64,000 bases of DNA from Candidatus Eiseniibacteriota bacterium. GTDB lineage: Bacteria > Eisenbacteria > RBG-16-71-46. Shown here piece by piece: positions 1 to 9,523 of the stretch. Made by a program: the position numbers and the translations under genes. Every line of letters starts with the position of its first letter. The stretch's first letter is position 1. The stretch is taken from positions 3,456,001 to 3,520,000 of the forward strand of contig OY970342.1 in assembly GCA_963717505.1 (NCBI GenBank), written 5' to 3'. The notes beneath the pieces were generated by a model, which ran no database searches, had not been told where the DNA came from, and saw only the letters and a list, made by a program, of their open reading frames with translations.

Positions 1-2
1 CC

Positions 3-3000
3 GGCCGCATCCGGATCACCACGACTCACGGGTCCGGCGTGAGCTCGACGAACTTCGGCGTACCCGAGCCACCGACCCTCGAATCGTTCTCGCCATCCCT
101 CGGCCCGGTGGGCACCGAGGTGCTGGTCCTCGGCACCGGCCTGCTCACGACGACGGCCGTGGACTTTGCCGGCATTCCGGCGACATTCGACGTGAGTTCG
201 GATGTGGAGCTGCGCGCCATCGTCCCCGCCGGCGCGACCACCGGTCCGATCCGAATCGTCAATACCGCGGGCTTTGCCCTGAGTGCGGAGGATTTCGAAG
301 TCACCGCCGTTCCGGCACCCGTGACCCTGGGGCCCGCGCACGACACTCGAGTGCTCTCGTCCAATCCCACGGCGACCTACGGCGCGGGCGGAACGTTGCG
401 CGTGCGCAGTGCCACCGCCAACCCGGCGTATCGCACCTACCTCAAGTTCGATGTCGGCGATTTGGGCACAACGGTGGCCGGCGCGACCTTGCGCCTGTTC
501 TGCGCCGATTCGAGCAGCGATGGCGGCGCGATCTACTCGGTTTCCAATGATGAACTGGGCACCACCACGCCGTGGGAGGAGGGCACCCTCGACTGGAACC
601 GCGCACCCGAGCTGACGGAGCCACCGCTCGACCAGCAGGGCAGGGTGGACGCCGGCAACTGGTACGAGTTCGACGTCTCGGCCGCCGTCACCGGCCCGGG
701 CACCTACAGTTTCGGCATGAGCAGTACCTCGACGAACATCGCGGGCTTCGGTTCCAAGGAGAGCATCCACCCTCCCGAGCTGGTGATCGCCCTCGAAGCG
801 CCAGCGTTGCCGCCCGAGATCACCTCGTTCACTCCTACGGCCGGACCTGCCGGAATCATCGTGACCATCACCGGAGCGCAGTTCGAACCGGTGACCGGGG
901 TCGACTTCAACGGCGCCGAGGCGGTATTCGTCATCGACTCCGGCACGCAGCTTCGAGCGACGGTGCCGATCGGAGCGACGACCGGCCCGATCCGGGTCAC
1001 GAGTCCCAACGGCACGAGGGGTAGCCCGGTGGATTTCACCGTCACCGCACCACCACCATCGATCGTGACCTTCACCCCGAGTCACGACTCGCGTGTCGTC
1101 TCTTCGACCCCCGACCTGACCTACGGCGCCGGCCTCATGCTCCGGGTGCGCAGCGCCACCGCGGTCCCGGCCTATCGCTCCTACTTCAAGTTCGACGTCA
1201 CCGGTCTCGATCGCGTGGTGCGCCGCGCCACCCTGCGCCTGTTCTGCGCCGACTCGAGCGTCGATGGCGGCACCGTCTATTCGGTATCGAACGACTTCCT
1301 CGGCACCGCGACGCCGTGGGTCGAAGCCAGCCTCAACTGGAACAACGCTCCCGATCTGGGCGTGGCGCTCGACCAGCAGGGGGTGGTGAATGGCGGCGCC
1401 TGGTACGACTTCGACGTCACCGCCGCGATCACCGGCAACGGCACCTTCAGCTTCGGCCTGAACAGCGCCTCGACCAACATCGCCGCCTACCGTTCCAAGG
1501 AGAGCGAGCAGGTCCCCGAGCTGGTGATCGAGCTGGGAGAGGAGACCATCCCCGTGCCGCCGACGATCGTCGACTTCGCCCCGGCGAATGGTCCAATCGG
1601 CACCGAGGTCACGGTCACCGGCGCCGGGTTCGCCACGGCCAGCGCCGTCACGTTCAACGGCTCCGCCGCCACGTTCGCCGTCGACTCCGACACGCAGCTC
1701 CGCGCCACGGTTCTCGCCGGCGCCACCAGCGGCCCGATCCGCGTCGACAACCCGGGCGGCTTCGCCGTCTCCGCCACCGAGTTCACCGTCACCGCACCAC
1801 CACCATCGATCGTGACCTTCACCCCGAGTCACGACTCGCGCGTCGTCTCTTCGACCCCCGACCTGACCTACGGCGCCGGCCTCATGCTCCGGGTGCGCAG
1901 CGCCACCGCGGTCCCGGCCTATCGCTCCTACTTCAAGTTCGACGTCGCCGGTCTCGATCGCGTGGTGCGCCGCGCCACCCTGCGCCTGTTCTGCGCCGAC
2001 TCGAGCGTCGATGGCGGCACCGTCTATTCGGTGTCGAACGACTTCCTCGGCACCGCGACCCCGTGGGTCGAAGCCAGCCTCAACTGGAACAACGCTCCCG
2101 ATCTCGGCGTGGCGCTCGACCAGCAGGGGGTGGTGAATGGCGGCGCCTGGTACGACTTCGACGTCACCGCTGCGATCACCGGCAACGGTACCGTCAGCTT
2201 CGGCATGAACAGCGCCTCGACCAACATCGCCGCCTACCGTTCCAAGGAGAGCGAGCAGGTCCCCGAGCTGGTGATCGAGCTGGGAGAGGAGACCATCCCC
2301 GTGCCGCCGACGATCGTCGACTTCGCCCCGGCGAACGGCCCAGTCGGCACCGAGGTCACGGTCGCCGGCGCCGGGTTCGCCACGGCCAGCGCCGTCACGT
2401 TCAACGGCTCCGCCGCCACGTTCGCCGTCGACTCCGACACGCAGCTCCGCGCCACGGTTCCCGCCGGCGACACCAGCGGCCCGATCCGCGTCGACAACCC
2501 GGGCGGCTTCGCCGTCTCCGCCACCGAGTTCACCGTCACCCCGCCGCCGCCTTCGATCGTGACCTTCACCCCGAGTCACGACTCGCGCGTCGTCTCTTCG
2601 ACCCCCGATCTGACCTACGGCGCCGGCCTCATGCTCCGGGTGCGCAGCGCCACCGCGGTCCCGGCCTATCGCTCCTACTTCAAGTTCGACGTCGCCGGTC
2701 TCGATCGCGTGGTGCGCCGCGCCACCCTGCGCCTGTTCTGCGCCGACTCGAGCGTCGATGGCGGCACCGTCTATTCGGTATCGAACGACTTCCTCGGCAC
2801 CGCGACCCCGTGGGTCGAAGCCAGCCTCAACTGGAACAACGCTCCCGATCTCGGCGTGGCGCTCGACCAGCAGGGGGTGGTGAATGGCGGCGCCTGGTAC
2901 GACTTCGACGTCACCGCCGCGATCACCGGCAACGGTACCTTCAGCTTCGGCCTGAACAGCGCCTCGACCAACATCGCCGCCTACCGTTCCAAGGAGAGCG

Positions 3001-3362
3001 AGCAGGTCCCCGAGCTGGTGATCGAGCTCGAGCCCACGGTGAACCTCGTCCGGAGCGCACGCGTACTATCGACCGCTTCGATCTCGTCGATCGCTCTCGG
3101 AGTGCCGCGACCCAATCCCTTCTCGCACCAGACCTCAGTGCGGCTCGATCTGCCCCTGCCCGCGCGGGTCAAGGCCGTCGTCTACGACGTGAACGGTCGA
3201 GTCGTCAGGAACCTCGGGCTGCTCGATTTGGGCGCGGGCAGCCATGACCTGACCTGGGATGGTCGCGATGCCAACAGCCAGAGGTCGCCGATCGGGCACT
3301 ACTGGCTCAAGGTCGACGTCGCGGGAATCTCCGCGACGCGGCGACTGACGCACGCACGCTAG
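3..3362 (+). CDS. Secreted surface protein, 5' partial: IPT/TIG domains alternating with four DNRLRE (CBM96-like) domains, C-terminal FlgD-Ig/T9SS-like tail
   Basis: The frame is open from the window edge (GRIRITTTHGSG...). IPT motifs (F.P..GP.GT.VT.TG..F...TGPI.V) alternate with D.RV.SS.P..TYG...YFKFDV...ATLRLF...W.E..LNWN domains. Tail: PNPF...VYDVNGRVVR...LTWDGRD...G.YW. Confidence 0.85.
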   Translation, partial: GRIRITTTHGSGVSSTNFGVPEPPTLESFSPSLGPVGTEVLVLGTGLLTTTAVDFAGIPATFDVSSDVELRAIVPAGATTGPIRIVNTAGFALSAEDFEVTAVPAPVTLGPAHDTRVLSSNPTATYGAGGTLRVRSATANPAYRTYLKFDVGDLGTTVAGATLRLFCADSSSDGGAIYSVSNDELGTTTPWEEGTLDWNRAPELTEPPLDQQGRVDAGNWYEFDVSAAVTGPGTYSFGMSSTSTNIAGFGSKESIHPPELVIALEAPALPPEITSFTPTAGPAGIIVTITGAQFEPVTGVDFNGAEAVFVIDSGTQLRATVPIGATTGPIRVTSPNGTRGSPVDFTVTAPPPSIVTFTPSHDSRVVSSTPDLTYGAGLMLRVRSATAVPAYRSYFKFDVTGLDRVVRRATLRLFCADSSVDGGTVYSVSNDFLGTATPWVEASLNWNNAPDLGVALDQQGVVNGGAWYDFDVTAAITGNGTFSFGLNSASTNIAAYRSKESEQVPELVIELGEETIPVPPTIVDFAPANGPIGTEVTVTGAGFATASAVTFNGSAATFAVDSDTQLRATVLAGATSGPIRVDNPGGFAVSATEFTVTAPPPSIVTFTPSHDSRVVSSTPDLTYGAGLMLRVRSATAVPAYRSYFKFDVAGLDRVVRRATLRLFCADSSVDGGTVYSVSNDFLGTATPWVEASLNWNNAPDLGVALDQQGVVNGGAWYDFDVTAAITGNGTVSFGMNSASTNIAAYRSKESEQVPELVIELGEETIPVPPTIVDFAPANGPVGTEVTVAGAGFATASAVTFNGSAATFAVDSDTQLRATVPAGDTSGPIRVDNPGGFAVSATEFTVTPPPPSIVTFTPSHDSRVVSSTPDLTYGAGLMLRVRSATAVPAYRSYFKFDVAGLDRVVRRATLRLFCADSSVDGGTVYSVSNDFLGTATPWVEASLNWNNAPDLGVALDQQGVVNGGAWYDFDVTAAITGNGTFSFGLNSASTNIAAYRSKESEQVPELVIELEPTVNLVRSARVLSTASISSIALGVPRPNPFSHQTSVRLDLPLPARVKAVVYDVNGRVVRNLGLLDLGAGSHDLTWDGRDANSQRSPIGHYWLKVDVAGISATRRLTHAR
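1035..3028 (+). repeat. Intragenic tandem repeat, 747-bp unit (249 aa), about 2.7 near-identical copies
   Basis: gatcgtgaccttcacccc recurs at 1061, 1808 and 2555 (period 747). The translated units differ at only a few residues. Confidence 0.95.
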
Positions 3363-3389
3363 CTGCTCCGAGCGCCATCGCCCTGAACT

Positions 3390-3422
3390 TGTAATCCGTA
3401 CACCGCGCCGGAACTCCTTACA
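3390..3422. promoter_or_regulatory. Putative enhancer (UAS) for a sigma-54 activator, tandem sites
   Basis: TGTAatccgTACA (3390-3402), 7-nt spacer, GGAActcctTACA (3410-3422). The same layout occurs at 8759-8791. Confidence 0.65.
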
Positions 3423-3486
3423 CGGCCCGACCGGGTTTGCCAGGTTGCAAGCGAGTAGGGGCCACGACTTAGGAGATTGGCTCAGG

Positions 3487-3502
3487 TGGCATGAAGCCTG
3501 CT
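3487..3502 (+). promoter_or_regulatory. Sigma-54 (-24/-12) promoter
   Basis: TGGCATG-AAGC-CTGCT fits TGGCACG-N4-TTGCW with GG-N10-GC spacing, about 65 nt before the ATG at 3568. Confidence 0.7.
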
Positions 3503-3567
3503 CATCCCTGCCGCGGGTCGTGCATGCTTCGGCGACCCATTCAAGGCCGAACACAAAAAAGGAGAAG

Positions 3568-4059
3568 ATGATGCCCAAGCTGAGTATGGCGTACAAAGCG
3601 CGGCGCATCGCGATCCTGAGTCTGATGTGTTGCGCAGGATGGATCCTGGGCGCCGTTTCGACCGAAGCGGCGACCGACGCGGACGTTCGCGCCGGTATCT
3701 ACGTTGAATCGGATGCCATCGGAGTTGGTGCCGGTTTGTTGACGCCGGTCGGTTCCAGCCCTCGGTGGTTCTTCAATCCCAACGTCGAGGTCGGGTTCGG
3801 CGATCAAGAGAACCTGATCGCGATGAACGGCGACTTCCACTACGACTACGCACGAAACAGTGGTTTGTCAGCGTGGATGGGCGCCGGACCAGCCGTGCTG
3901 GTCACGAATCCGTCTGCGGGCGATACCCGCACCGATCTGGGCTTGAACGTCCTGACCGGTCTCAGCGGTACCAAGGGTGACGTTCGACCGTTTGCCCAGC
4001 TGAAGGGCGTGGTGTCGGACGAGAATCAGGTCGTACTGCAGGGCGGTATTCGCTTCTAG
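3568..4059 (+). CDS. Small outer-membrane beta-barrel protein
   Basis: RBS AAGGAG, signal peptide, alternating beta-strand pattern, C-terminal GGIRF (terminal Phe). Confidence 0.7.
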   Translation: MMPKLSMAYKARRIAILSLMCCAGWILGAVSTEAATDADVRAGIYVESDAIGVGAGLLTPVGSSPRWFFNPNVEVGFGDQENLIAMNGDFHYDYARNSGLSAWMGAGPAVLVTNPSAGDTRTDLGLNVLTGLSGTKGDVRPFAQLKGVVSDENQVVLQGGIRF

Positions 4060-4278
4060 ATGATTCGAGCCGGGGGCGGGGACGCTTCCTGGGGTGTGAC
4101 GCGCAAACCCGCTCCCGGACCCGTGTATTCACAAACCCCATGAATCCTGAAGAGGAGTTGAGGTTCCTACATTAGAAAAGTAGCCTTGGGGACGCCGTTC
4201 GCCACCCGTGGCACGGACCCGCCTGCGCGAATGCCTGGCGGGCCGGTCGCTTTTGCCCGGCCGGCGTGATCGAGGGCC

Positions 4279-5952
4279 ATGAAGACGCGAATCGAGTTCT
4301 TGGACTCCGTCAGCGGGCGCCTACCCCGAATCCGACGCCTGGGATTGCTCATCGGCTTCGTGCTCTTTGGCGTCCTGGTCACGCTGGTCATCTGGTGGAG
4401 CTCGATGCGGGACTCCAATCGGCGGGCGGCCACCCTCCTGACCGATGTCGCGCGCGATGCTCACGGCGTGCTCAACGTGCGGGTGGAGCGGCACGTCGAG
4501 GCGCTCCGCAATCTGGCCCTGTTCTGGCAATTGCACGGATTGCTGCAGCAACAAGCTTGGGACTTCAACAGCGACATGATGATCCGGAACTTTCGCGGAA
4601 TCGAATGGATCGCGTGGGTCAATGGCACGACGGGCGCCTATCGTTTCGCGGCCCGGGACTCGGGCGCGCGCATGGACCCCCGGATCGTCGAGATGGCGCA
4701 GGAACGGGCGAGCGAGCCGGGGAGCCTGTCCGTGACCGACGCCTCGCCGCAGAACCCGGTCCTGCTGTTCACGCCGGTGCGGACCTCGCAGGACAGCGTC
4801 GGGGTGCTCGTCGCCTCGATCTCGCCCGAGCGGCTGCTCAGCCACGAGCTCCTGGTCACCGGTGACGTCCTCGCCTATTCGGTCTCCACCGACTCGGGAG
4901 CGGTCGTCTATCGGTGGGGAGAACCGGCCGCGAAGGTGCCGCCGGAGATGTCCCTGGAGATGGCCCTGCCGCCCCTGTTCGGCACGATGTGGACCGTGCG
5001 CTACGAGCCGACACACGTCTACCTGAACGGCGTCGTGTCCCGCTGGCACGACTCGTTCCTCTGGACCGGCTTGCTCCTGTCGCTGGCCCTGGGCGCCATT
5101 GCGTACCAGTTCGTGACGCTTCGCGAGTACTCGATGGCGTTGGCCGCCACGAATCGGCGCCTGGACGCCCAGGTTCGGGAACTCTCCGAACGCGACCAGA
5201 GCCTGAGGCGCATGAACGACGAGCTCGAGCTGCGGGTCGAGGCCCGCACGGCCCAGCTCGCGGAGGCCATGAAGGAACTCGAGACCTTCAGCCACTCGAT
5301 GTCCCACGACCTCCGCTCACCGATCGGGGCGGTCCTCAATTTCACGTCGATCCTCGAGGAGGACTATGGCGAGAAGCTGGACCCCGAGGGACTCCGGGTG
5401 CTGCATCGCATCCGGGACAGCGGCACCTCGGCCACCCGGCTCCTCGACCAGTTGGTGCAGTTCGTCTGGCTGGGACGCGAAACCGCCGAAATGAACGAGG
5501 TCAACATGACGCTGCTCGCGCGCGAAGCGTTCCGCGAAGTGTCGGTCGGGCCTGGGGCGGAGCAGGTGACGTTCGAATTGCCGGAACTGCCGCCGGTGCG
5601 CGGCAACGCCGCCTTGCTCGGGCGGGTATTTCGGAACTTGCTCAGCAATGCGGTCAAGTACACGCGCGGAGGCAAGGCGCCGCGGATTTCCGTCCGTGCC
5701 GAGGAACGCGACGTGGAAACCGCCTACTGGGTCGAAGACAACGGGATCGGCTTCGACCCGGCGCACGCCAAGTCGCTGTTCGAACCCTTCCGCCGACTTC
5801 ACTCTTCCTCGGAGTACGAAGGCGTCGGGCTCGGCTTGGCGATCGTCGCCAAGATCGTACGACGACATGGAGGTCGTGTCTGGGCCGAGAGCAGGGGTCC
5901 AGGGGGCGCACAGTTCGGCTTCGCCCTGCCCAGGGAAGGAGGAACGGCATGA
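4279..5952 (+). CDS. Membrane sensor histidine kinase with extracytoplasmic sensor domain
   Basis: Two TM segments, H-box SHDLRSP, N-box NLLSNAVKY, G1 DNGIGFD, F-box LFEPF, G2 GVGLGLAI. Confidence 0.92.
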   Translation: MKTRIEFLDSVSGRLPRIRRLGLLIGFVLFGVLVTLVIWWSSMRDSNRRAATLLTDVARDAHGVLNVRVERHVEALRNLALFWQLHGLLQQQAWDFNSDMMIRNFRGIEWIAWVNGTTGAYRFAARDSGARMDPRIVEMAQERASEPGSLSVTDASPQNPVLLFTPVRTSQDSVGVLVASISPERLLSHELLVTGDVLAYSVSTDSGAVVYRWGEPAAKVPPEMSLEMALPPLFGTMWTVRYEPTHVYLNGVVSRWHDSFLWTGLLLSLALGAIAYQFVTLREYSMALAATNRRLDAQVRELSERDQSLRRMNDELELRVEARTAQLAEAMKELETFSHSMSHDLRSPIGAVLNFTSILEEDYGEKLDPEGLRVLHRIRDSGTSATRLLDQLVQFVWLGRETAEMNEVNMTLLAREAFREVSVGPGAEQVTFELPELPPVRGNAALLGRVFRNLLSNAVKYTRGGKAPRISVRAEERDVETAYWVEDNGIGFDPAHAKSLFEPFRRLHSSSEYEGVGLGLAIVAKIVRRHGGRVWAESRGPGGAQFGFALPREGGTA

Positions 5953-6398
5953 TGTCCGCGATGCCCATCATTCTCATCGTCGACGATGACGATGGTCATC
6001 TGTTGATCGCGCAGCGCGCCATTCGGCGTTCGGAGCTCGAGGTCGAGGTGCATGCGGTGCGGACCGGGGAGGAGGCGTTGCGCGTGCTGGGTTTGGGCGA
6101 CGAGGCCTCGCCCGTGAGTCGAGGAGCGCGGCCGGTGGTGGTCATGCTCGATCTCTCGATGCCCGGCATGAGCGGCTGGGACGTCCTGCGCCAGATCCGA
6201 GCGGCCGAGCAGAAGATCCCGGTGGTCGTCGTCTCGTCGTCCGGGCGGCCCGACGACGTGCGTCGCAGCTACGAGTTGGGGGCGAACAGCTACCTGGTCA
6301 AACGGTACGAAGCCGAGCGTCCCGGCGGATATGTCGCCGACGCGGCCCGATACTGGGTCGAGCTGAACGAGCCACCGGCCCCGGCCCGGGCCGGCTGA
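5949..6398 (+). CDS. Single-domain response regulator (receiver, Rcp1-like)
   Basis: ILIVDDD, MLDLSMPGMSG, GANSYLVK; ATGA overlap with the kinase stop. Confidence 0.9.
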   Translation: MMSAMPIILIVDDDDGHLLIAQRAIRRSELEVEVHAVRTGEEALRVLGLGDEASPVSRGARPVVVMLDLSMPGMSGWDVLRQIRAAEQKIPVVVVSSSGRPDDVRRSYELGANSYLVKRYEAERPGGYVADAARYWVELNEPPAPARAG

Positions 6399-6428
6399 CG
6401 GACGGCGTTTCTCGCGGGGGAGGATTTG

Positions 6429-7814
6429 ATGACCCGACTCAAGGCAATGGTGGTCGAGGACGATCCGGACTTCCGCGAAAGCCTGGCGGCGTTGATCGAG
6501 CGCGAGAACTTCGACGTTGCTCAATGCTCGTCGTTTCGGGAAGCGCTCCAGCACTTGATCGACCACGGTCCCGACGTCGCGGTGATCGACCTGGTCCTGC
6601 CCGACGGCGACGGCCTCGACCTGATGCGCGACGACCGCGTCCCGACCCAGTGCGAGTTCGTGGTCATCACCGGCAACGCGACGGTCGACTCGGCGGTCGA
6701 CGCGCTCCGCGTCGGCGCGATCGACTACCTGACCAAACCCATCGACCGCGCACGCCTCAAGACCATCTTGGCCAACGTCGCGCGGACCCGCGAGCTGAAG
6801 CAGCAGGTCGAGAGTCTGCGCGACGAGCTGCGGGAAATGGGTCGCTTTGGTCCGTTGGTCGGACGATCCGAGGCGATGCAGCCGGTCTACGATCTGCTGA
6901 GTCGGGTGGCCCCGACCCGCGCGAGCGTGTTGCTCACCGGCGAGAGCGGAACCGGGAAGGAGCTGGCCGCCGAGACCATCCATCGCCTGAGTCGCCGCAG
7001 CGCCGGACCGTTCCTCGCGGTCAATTGCGGCGCCATCACCCAGACCTTGATCGACAGCGAGCTGTTCGGTCATGAAAAGGGGAGCTTCACCGGCGCCGAC
7101 AAGAGCCGCCAGGGCTACTTCGAGCACGCGCAGGGAGGGACGTTGTTCCTCGACGAGGTCACCGAGATGCCCCTCGAGTCCCAGGTCAAACTCCTGCGGG
7201 TGCTGGAAACGTCCAAGCTGATGCGCGTGGGCGGCTCGGAGGCCCTGGACGTCGACGTGCGCGTGATCGCCGCGACCAACCGCGATCCGCTCCAGGCGAT
7301 CGCCGACGGCAAGCTGCGTGAAGATCTCTACTATCGCCTGAACGTATTCCCGATCGCGCTGCCCCCGCTGCGCGGGCGCTCGCGGGACGTCGACTTGCTG
7401 GCCGAGCATTTTCTCGATCAGCACAACGCCCGCGAGAAGACGCGCAAGCGGCTGTCGCCCGAGGCCAGCAAGCGGCTACGCAGCTACTCCTGGCCAGGCA
7501 ACGTCCGCGAGCTGAAGAACGCCATCGAACGGGCGGCGATCCTGGCCGACGAGACGATCGAGCCCGAGCTGCTCCCGGAGCCGGGAGCACCGGCCCCGAC
7601 CGCGACCGGTTCCGACACCGGCGCCGTGCTCCAGCTCCGGGTCGGCGCTTCCCTCGAGGAACTCGAGCGACGGCTGATTCTCGCCACCCTGGAGGATCTG
7701 GGCGGCGACAAGCGACGCGCGGCCGACCTCCTGGGCATCAGCCTCAAGACGCTCTACAACCGCCTCAATCTCTACGAGGCAGCGCGTCAGGCCGACGCAG
7801 CGCCGACCGACTAG
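6429..7814 (+). CDS. Sigma-54-dependent response regulator (NtrC family: receiver, AAA+, Fis-type HTH)
   Basis: Walker A GESGTGKE, GSFTGA (GAFTGA variant), FLDEV, REDLYYRLNV, WPGNVREL, HTH AADLLGISLKTLYNRL. Confidence 0.95.
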   Translation: MTRLKAMVVEDDPDFRESLAALIERENFDVAQCSSFREALQHLIDHGPDVAVIDLVLPDGDGLDLMRDDRVPTQCEFVVITGNATVDSAVDALRVGAIDYLTKPIDRARLKTILANVARTRELKQQVESLRDELREMGRFGPLVGRSEAMQPVYDLLSRVAPTRASVLLTGESGTGKELAAETIHRLSRRSAGPFLAVNCGAITQTLIDSELFGHEKGSFTGADKSRQGYFEHAQGGTLFLDEVTEMPLESQVKLLRVLETSKLMRVGGSEALDVDVRVIAATNRDPLQAIADGKLREDLYYRLNVFPIALPPLRGRSRDVDLLAEHFLDQHNAREKTRKRLSPEASKRLRSYSWPGNVRELKNAIERAAILADETIEPELLPEPGAPAPTATGSDTGAVLQLRVGASLEELERRLILATLEDLGGDKRRAADLLGISLKTLYNRLNLYEAARQADAAPTD

Positions 7815-7924
7815 AGAGCCCGGCGCCCGCGACGGTGGGCCGCGGGCCTCCGGTGGCGACGCACGCTTTGGCGAGGAACCACCCCGCGTAGGGCGTGGCG
7901 ACGTCAATCCGACCGGGCTGCGCC

Positions 7925-8500
7925 TTAGAACTTGATGGCCATTCCCAGAGCCATGGTCCAGAAGTCGGGGTCGAACTGTTCCGGCAGCAGCGGATCATCT
8001 TCCTGCTCCCGCAACATCACGTAGCGCCCATTCAGGTCGAGCGCCGCATTGGTGTTCACCGGGACGCGAACGCCGCCGCCGAGGTGCAGGCCGAACTCCT
8101 GTTCGGTGCGATTCTCGAGCGGTGGCGTCAGATTGTCGTCGAAGTCGAACGACATGTTGTACCAGCCGACGCCACCGCCGGCGTACAGCGCCGGGACCGG
8201 CGTCAACCACAGCGATGCCGTCACCGGCCACATACGAACTTCAGCCGCGCCGGCGGCGATGGTTTCACTTCGATAGGCGACTCCGAGCTCGGTCGACAAC
8301 AAGGGCAGCAGCTGCCCGCGCACCGACAGACTGCCGAACGCCTGCGTTTCCTCGCCGTTTACGGACCGAGTCAGGCCCGCAGCCGGAATGATCTCCGCGG
8401 CGTTCGCGATCGAGAGTCCCGCCACCAGCGCGACCAGAAACAGCGCGCCGGCCACTGCCAAACGCGGCACGAGGCCGAGGCCACGATGATGAGCATGCAT
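7925..8500 (-). CDS. Small outer-membrane beta-barrel (porin-family) protein
   Basis: RBS AGGAGG before the ATG at 8500, signal peptide ending ANA-A, LYAGGGVGWY and FGLHLGGGV strands, terminal Phe. Confidence 0.78.
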   Translation of the reverse strand: MHAHHRGLGLVPRLAVAGALFLVALVAGLSIANAAEIIPAAGLTRSVNGEETQAFGSLSVRGQLLPLLSTELGVAYRSETIAAGAAEVRMWPVTASLWLTPVPALYAGGGVGWYNMSFDFDDNLTPPLENRTEQEFGLHLGGGVRVPVNTNAALDLNGRYVMLREQEDDPLLPEQFDPDFWTMALGMAIKF

Positions 8501-8616
8501 GGAATTCCTCCTTTCGCCGATCGGCCGGTTTCGAACCCCGGAAGCTCCGAGTCTCCGAAACCTGCCGCGCGTGGACGCTGCCATGGGGAGCGCTGCGGCC
8601 ACGAGCGCGACCGCCG

Positions 8617-8632
8617 TGCAAGGCATGTGCCG
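8617..8632 (-). promoter_or_regulatory. Sigma-54 promoter (divergent, for the 8500 gene)
   Basis: Minus strand reads CGGCACA-TGCC-TTGCA, GG-N10-GC. Confidence 0.65.
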
Positions 8633-8758
8633 CCGGGGAGCGCCCGCATCTCGATCGCATCGCCACTGCTTCGGAAACCGCGCGCCGCGAACGCGTTCGG
8701 CCTCGTGCGTGACATTTCCATGAGTCGCGCTCGCGACCTCGGGGCGGCGGCGCGAGCC

Positions 8759-8791
8759 TGTAGTCCTTACAAGCTCGCGGCAACCGTTACA
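8759..8791. promoter_or_regulatory. Putative enhancer (UAS), tandem sites
   Basis: TGTAgtcctTACA (8759-8771), 7-nt spacer, GGCAaccgtTACA (8779-8791); matches 3390-3422. Confidence 0.65.
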
Positions 8792-8844
8792 TCGCGGTCG
8801 GCTGCCTTCGCGATGGAAGTTCTTTGTTTTCAGGCGTCCACGCG

Positions 8845-8860
8845 TGGCACGCGACCTGCT
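8845..8860 (+). promoter_or_regulatory. Sigma-54 (-24/-12) promoter
   Basis: TGGCACG-CGAC-CTGCT, near consensus, about 70 nt before the ATG at 8930. Confidence 0.78.
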
Positions 8861-8929
8861 AAATGCCGGTCGGCGGGGCAAGACGCCACGCGCCTCTTCC
8901 ACGGATCTCACTCACTACGGAGGTTCATC

Positions 8930-9079
8930 ATGTTGTGGGCCCTGTTCGTGATTCTCATGGCGATGTGGCTGCTGGGCATGGTGACGTCGTACACCATGGG
9001 CGGGTTCATTCATCTCCTGCTCATCCTGGCGATCGCTGCGATGCTGATTCGGATCATCCAGGGCCGGCGGCCGGCCTAG
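8930..9079 (+). CDS. lmo0937-family small membrane protein
   Basis: MLWALFVILMAMWLLG...GGFIHLLL...IIQGRR, 49 aa, with RBS GGAGG. Confidence 0.85.
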   Translation: MLWALFVILMAMWLLGMVTSYTMGGFIHLLLILAIAAMLIRIIQGRRPA

Positions 9080-9109
9080 TCCCGTGAACAACGGCAGGGG
9101 AGGCGGACG

Positions 9110-9523
9110 ATGACGATGCTCCTGAGTCTGTGCGCGGTGGTGGTCACCCTGGCCGTGGTGGCCATCGCGATCGCGACCATCCGCGCCGTGCGTCACCTCG
9201 AAGCAACGGCGAGCGAGTTCAAGACGACGTCGGAAGCCGTACGCGTCTCGGTGCGCGAGGCCGGTGCGGTCTTGCGTCAGCTCCAGGAGTTCTCCGGCGA
9301 ACTGGAGACACTGGTGCCGCCCCTGAAACGGGCCTCGGCTCGCGTCGAGCAGGTCGGCGACCGGGCCGTGCGTCTCTCCAACGTCATCCTGAACGAAGTC
9401 GAAGGGCCGATTCGCAACACGCTGGCCCTGATCACGGGAGTGCGCACCGGGGCGCGGTCGCTGATCGAGGCACTCGCCCGTCGCTCGGGGTCACCATCCA
9501 ACGGAGGATACGGTCATGAATGA
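9110..9523 (+). CDS. DUF948/YoxC(YtxG)-like membrane-anchored coiled-coil protein
   Basis: N-terminal TM then helical coiled coil; directly upstream of the YtxH-like gene. Confidence 0.65.
   Translation: MTMLLSLCAVVVTLAVVAIAIATIRAVRHLEATASEFKTTSEAVRVSVREAGAVLRQLQEFSGELETLVPPLKRASARVEQVGDRAVRLSNVILNEVEGPIRNTLALITGVRTGARSLIEALARRSGSPSNGGYGHE

Noticed and set aside
1035-3028. CRISPR array or insertion sequence
   Set aside because: The repeats are in-frame coding units of 747 bp with no spacers, terminal inverted repeats or transposase.
4209-4226. TGGCACG upstream of the histidine kinase as a sigma-54 promoter
   Set aside because: There is no GC at the required GG-N10-GC position.
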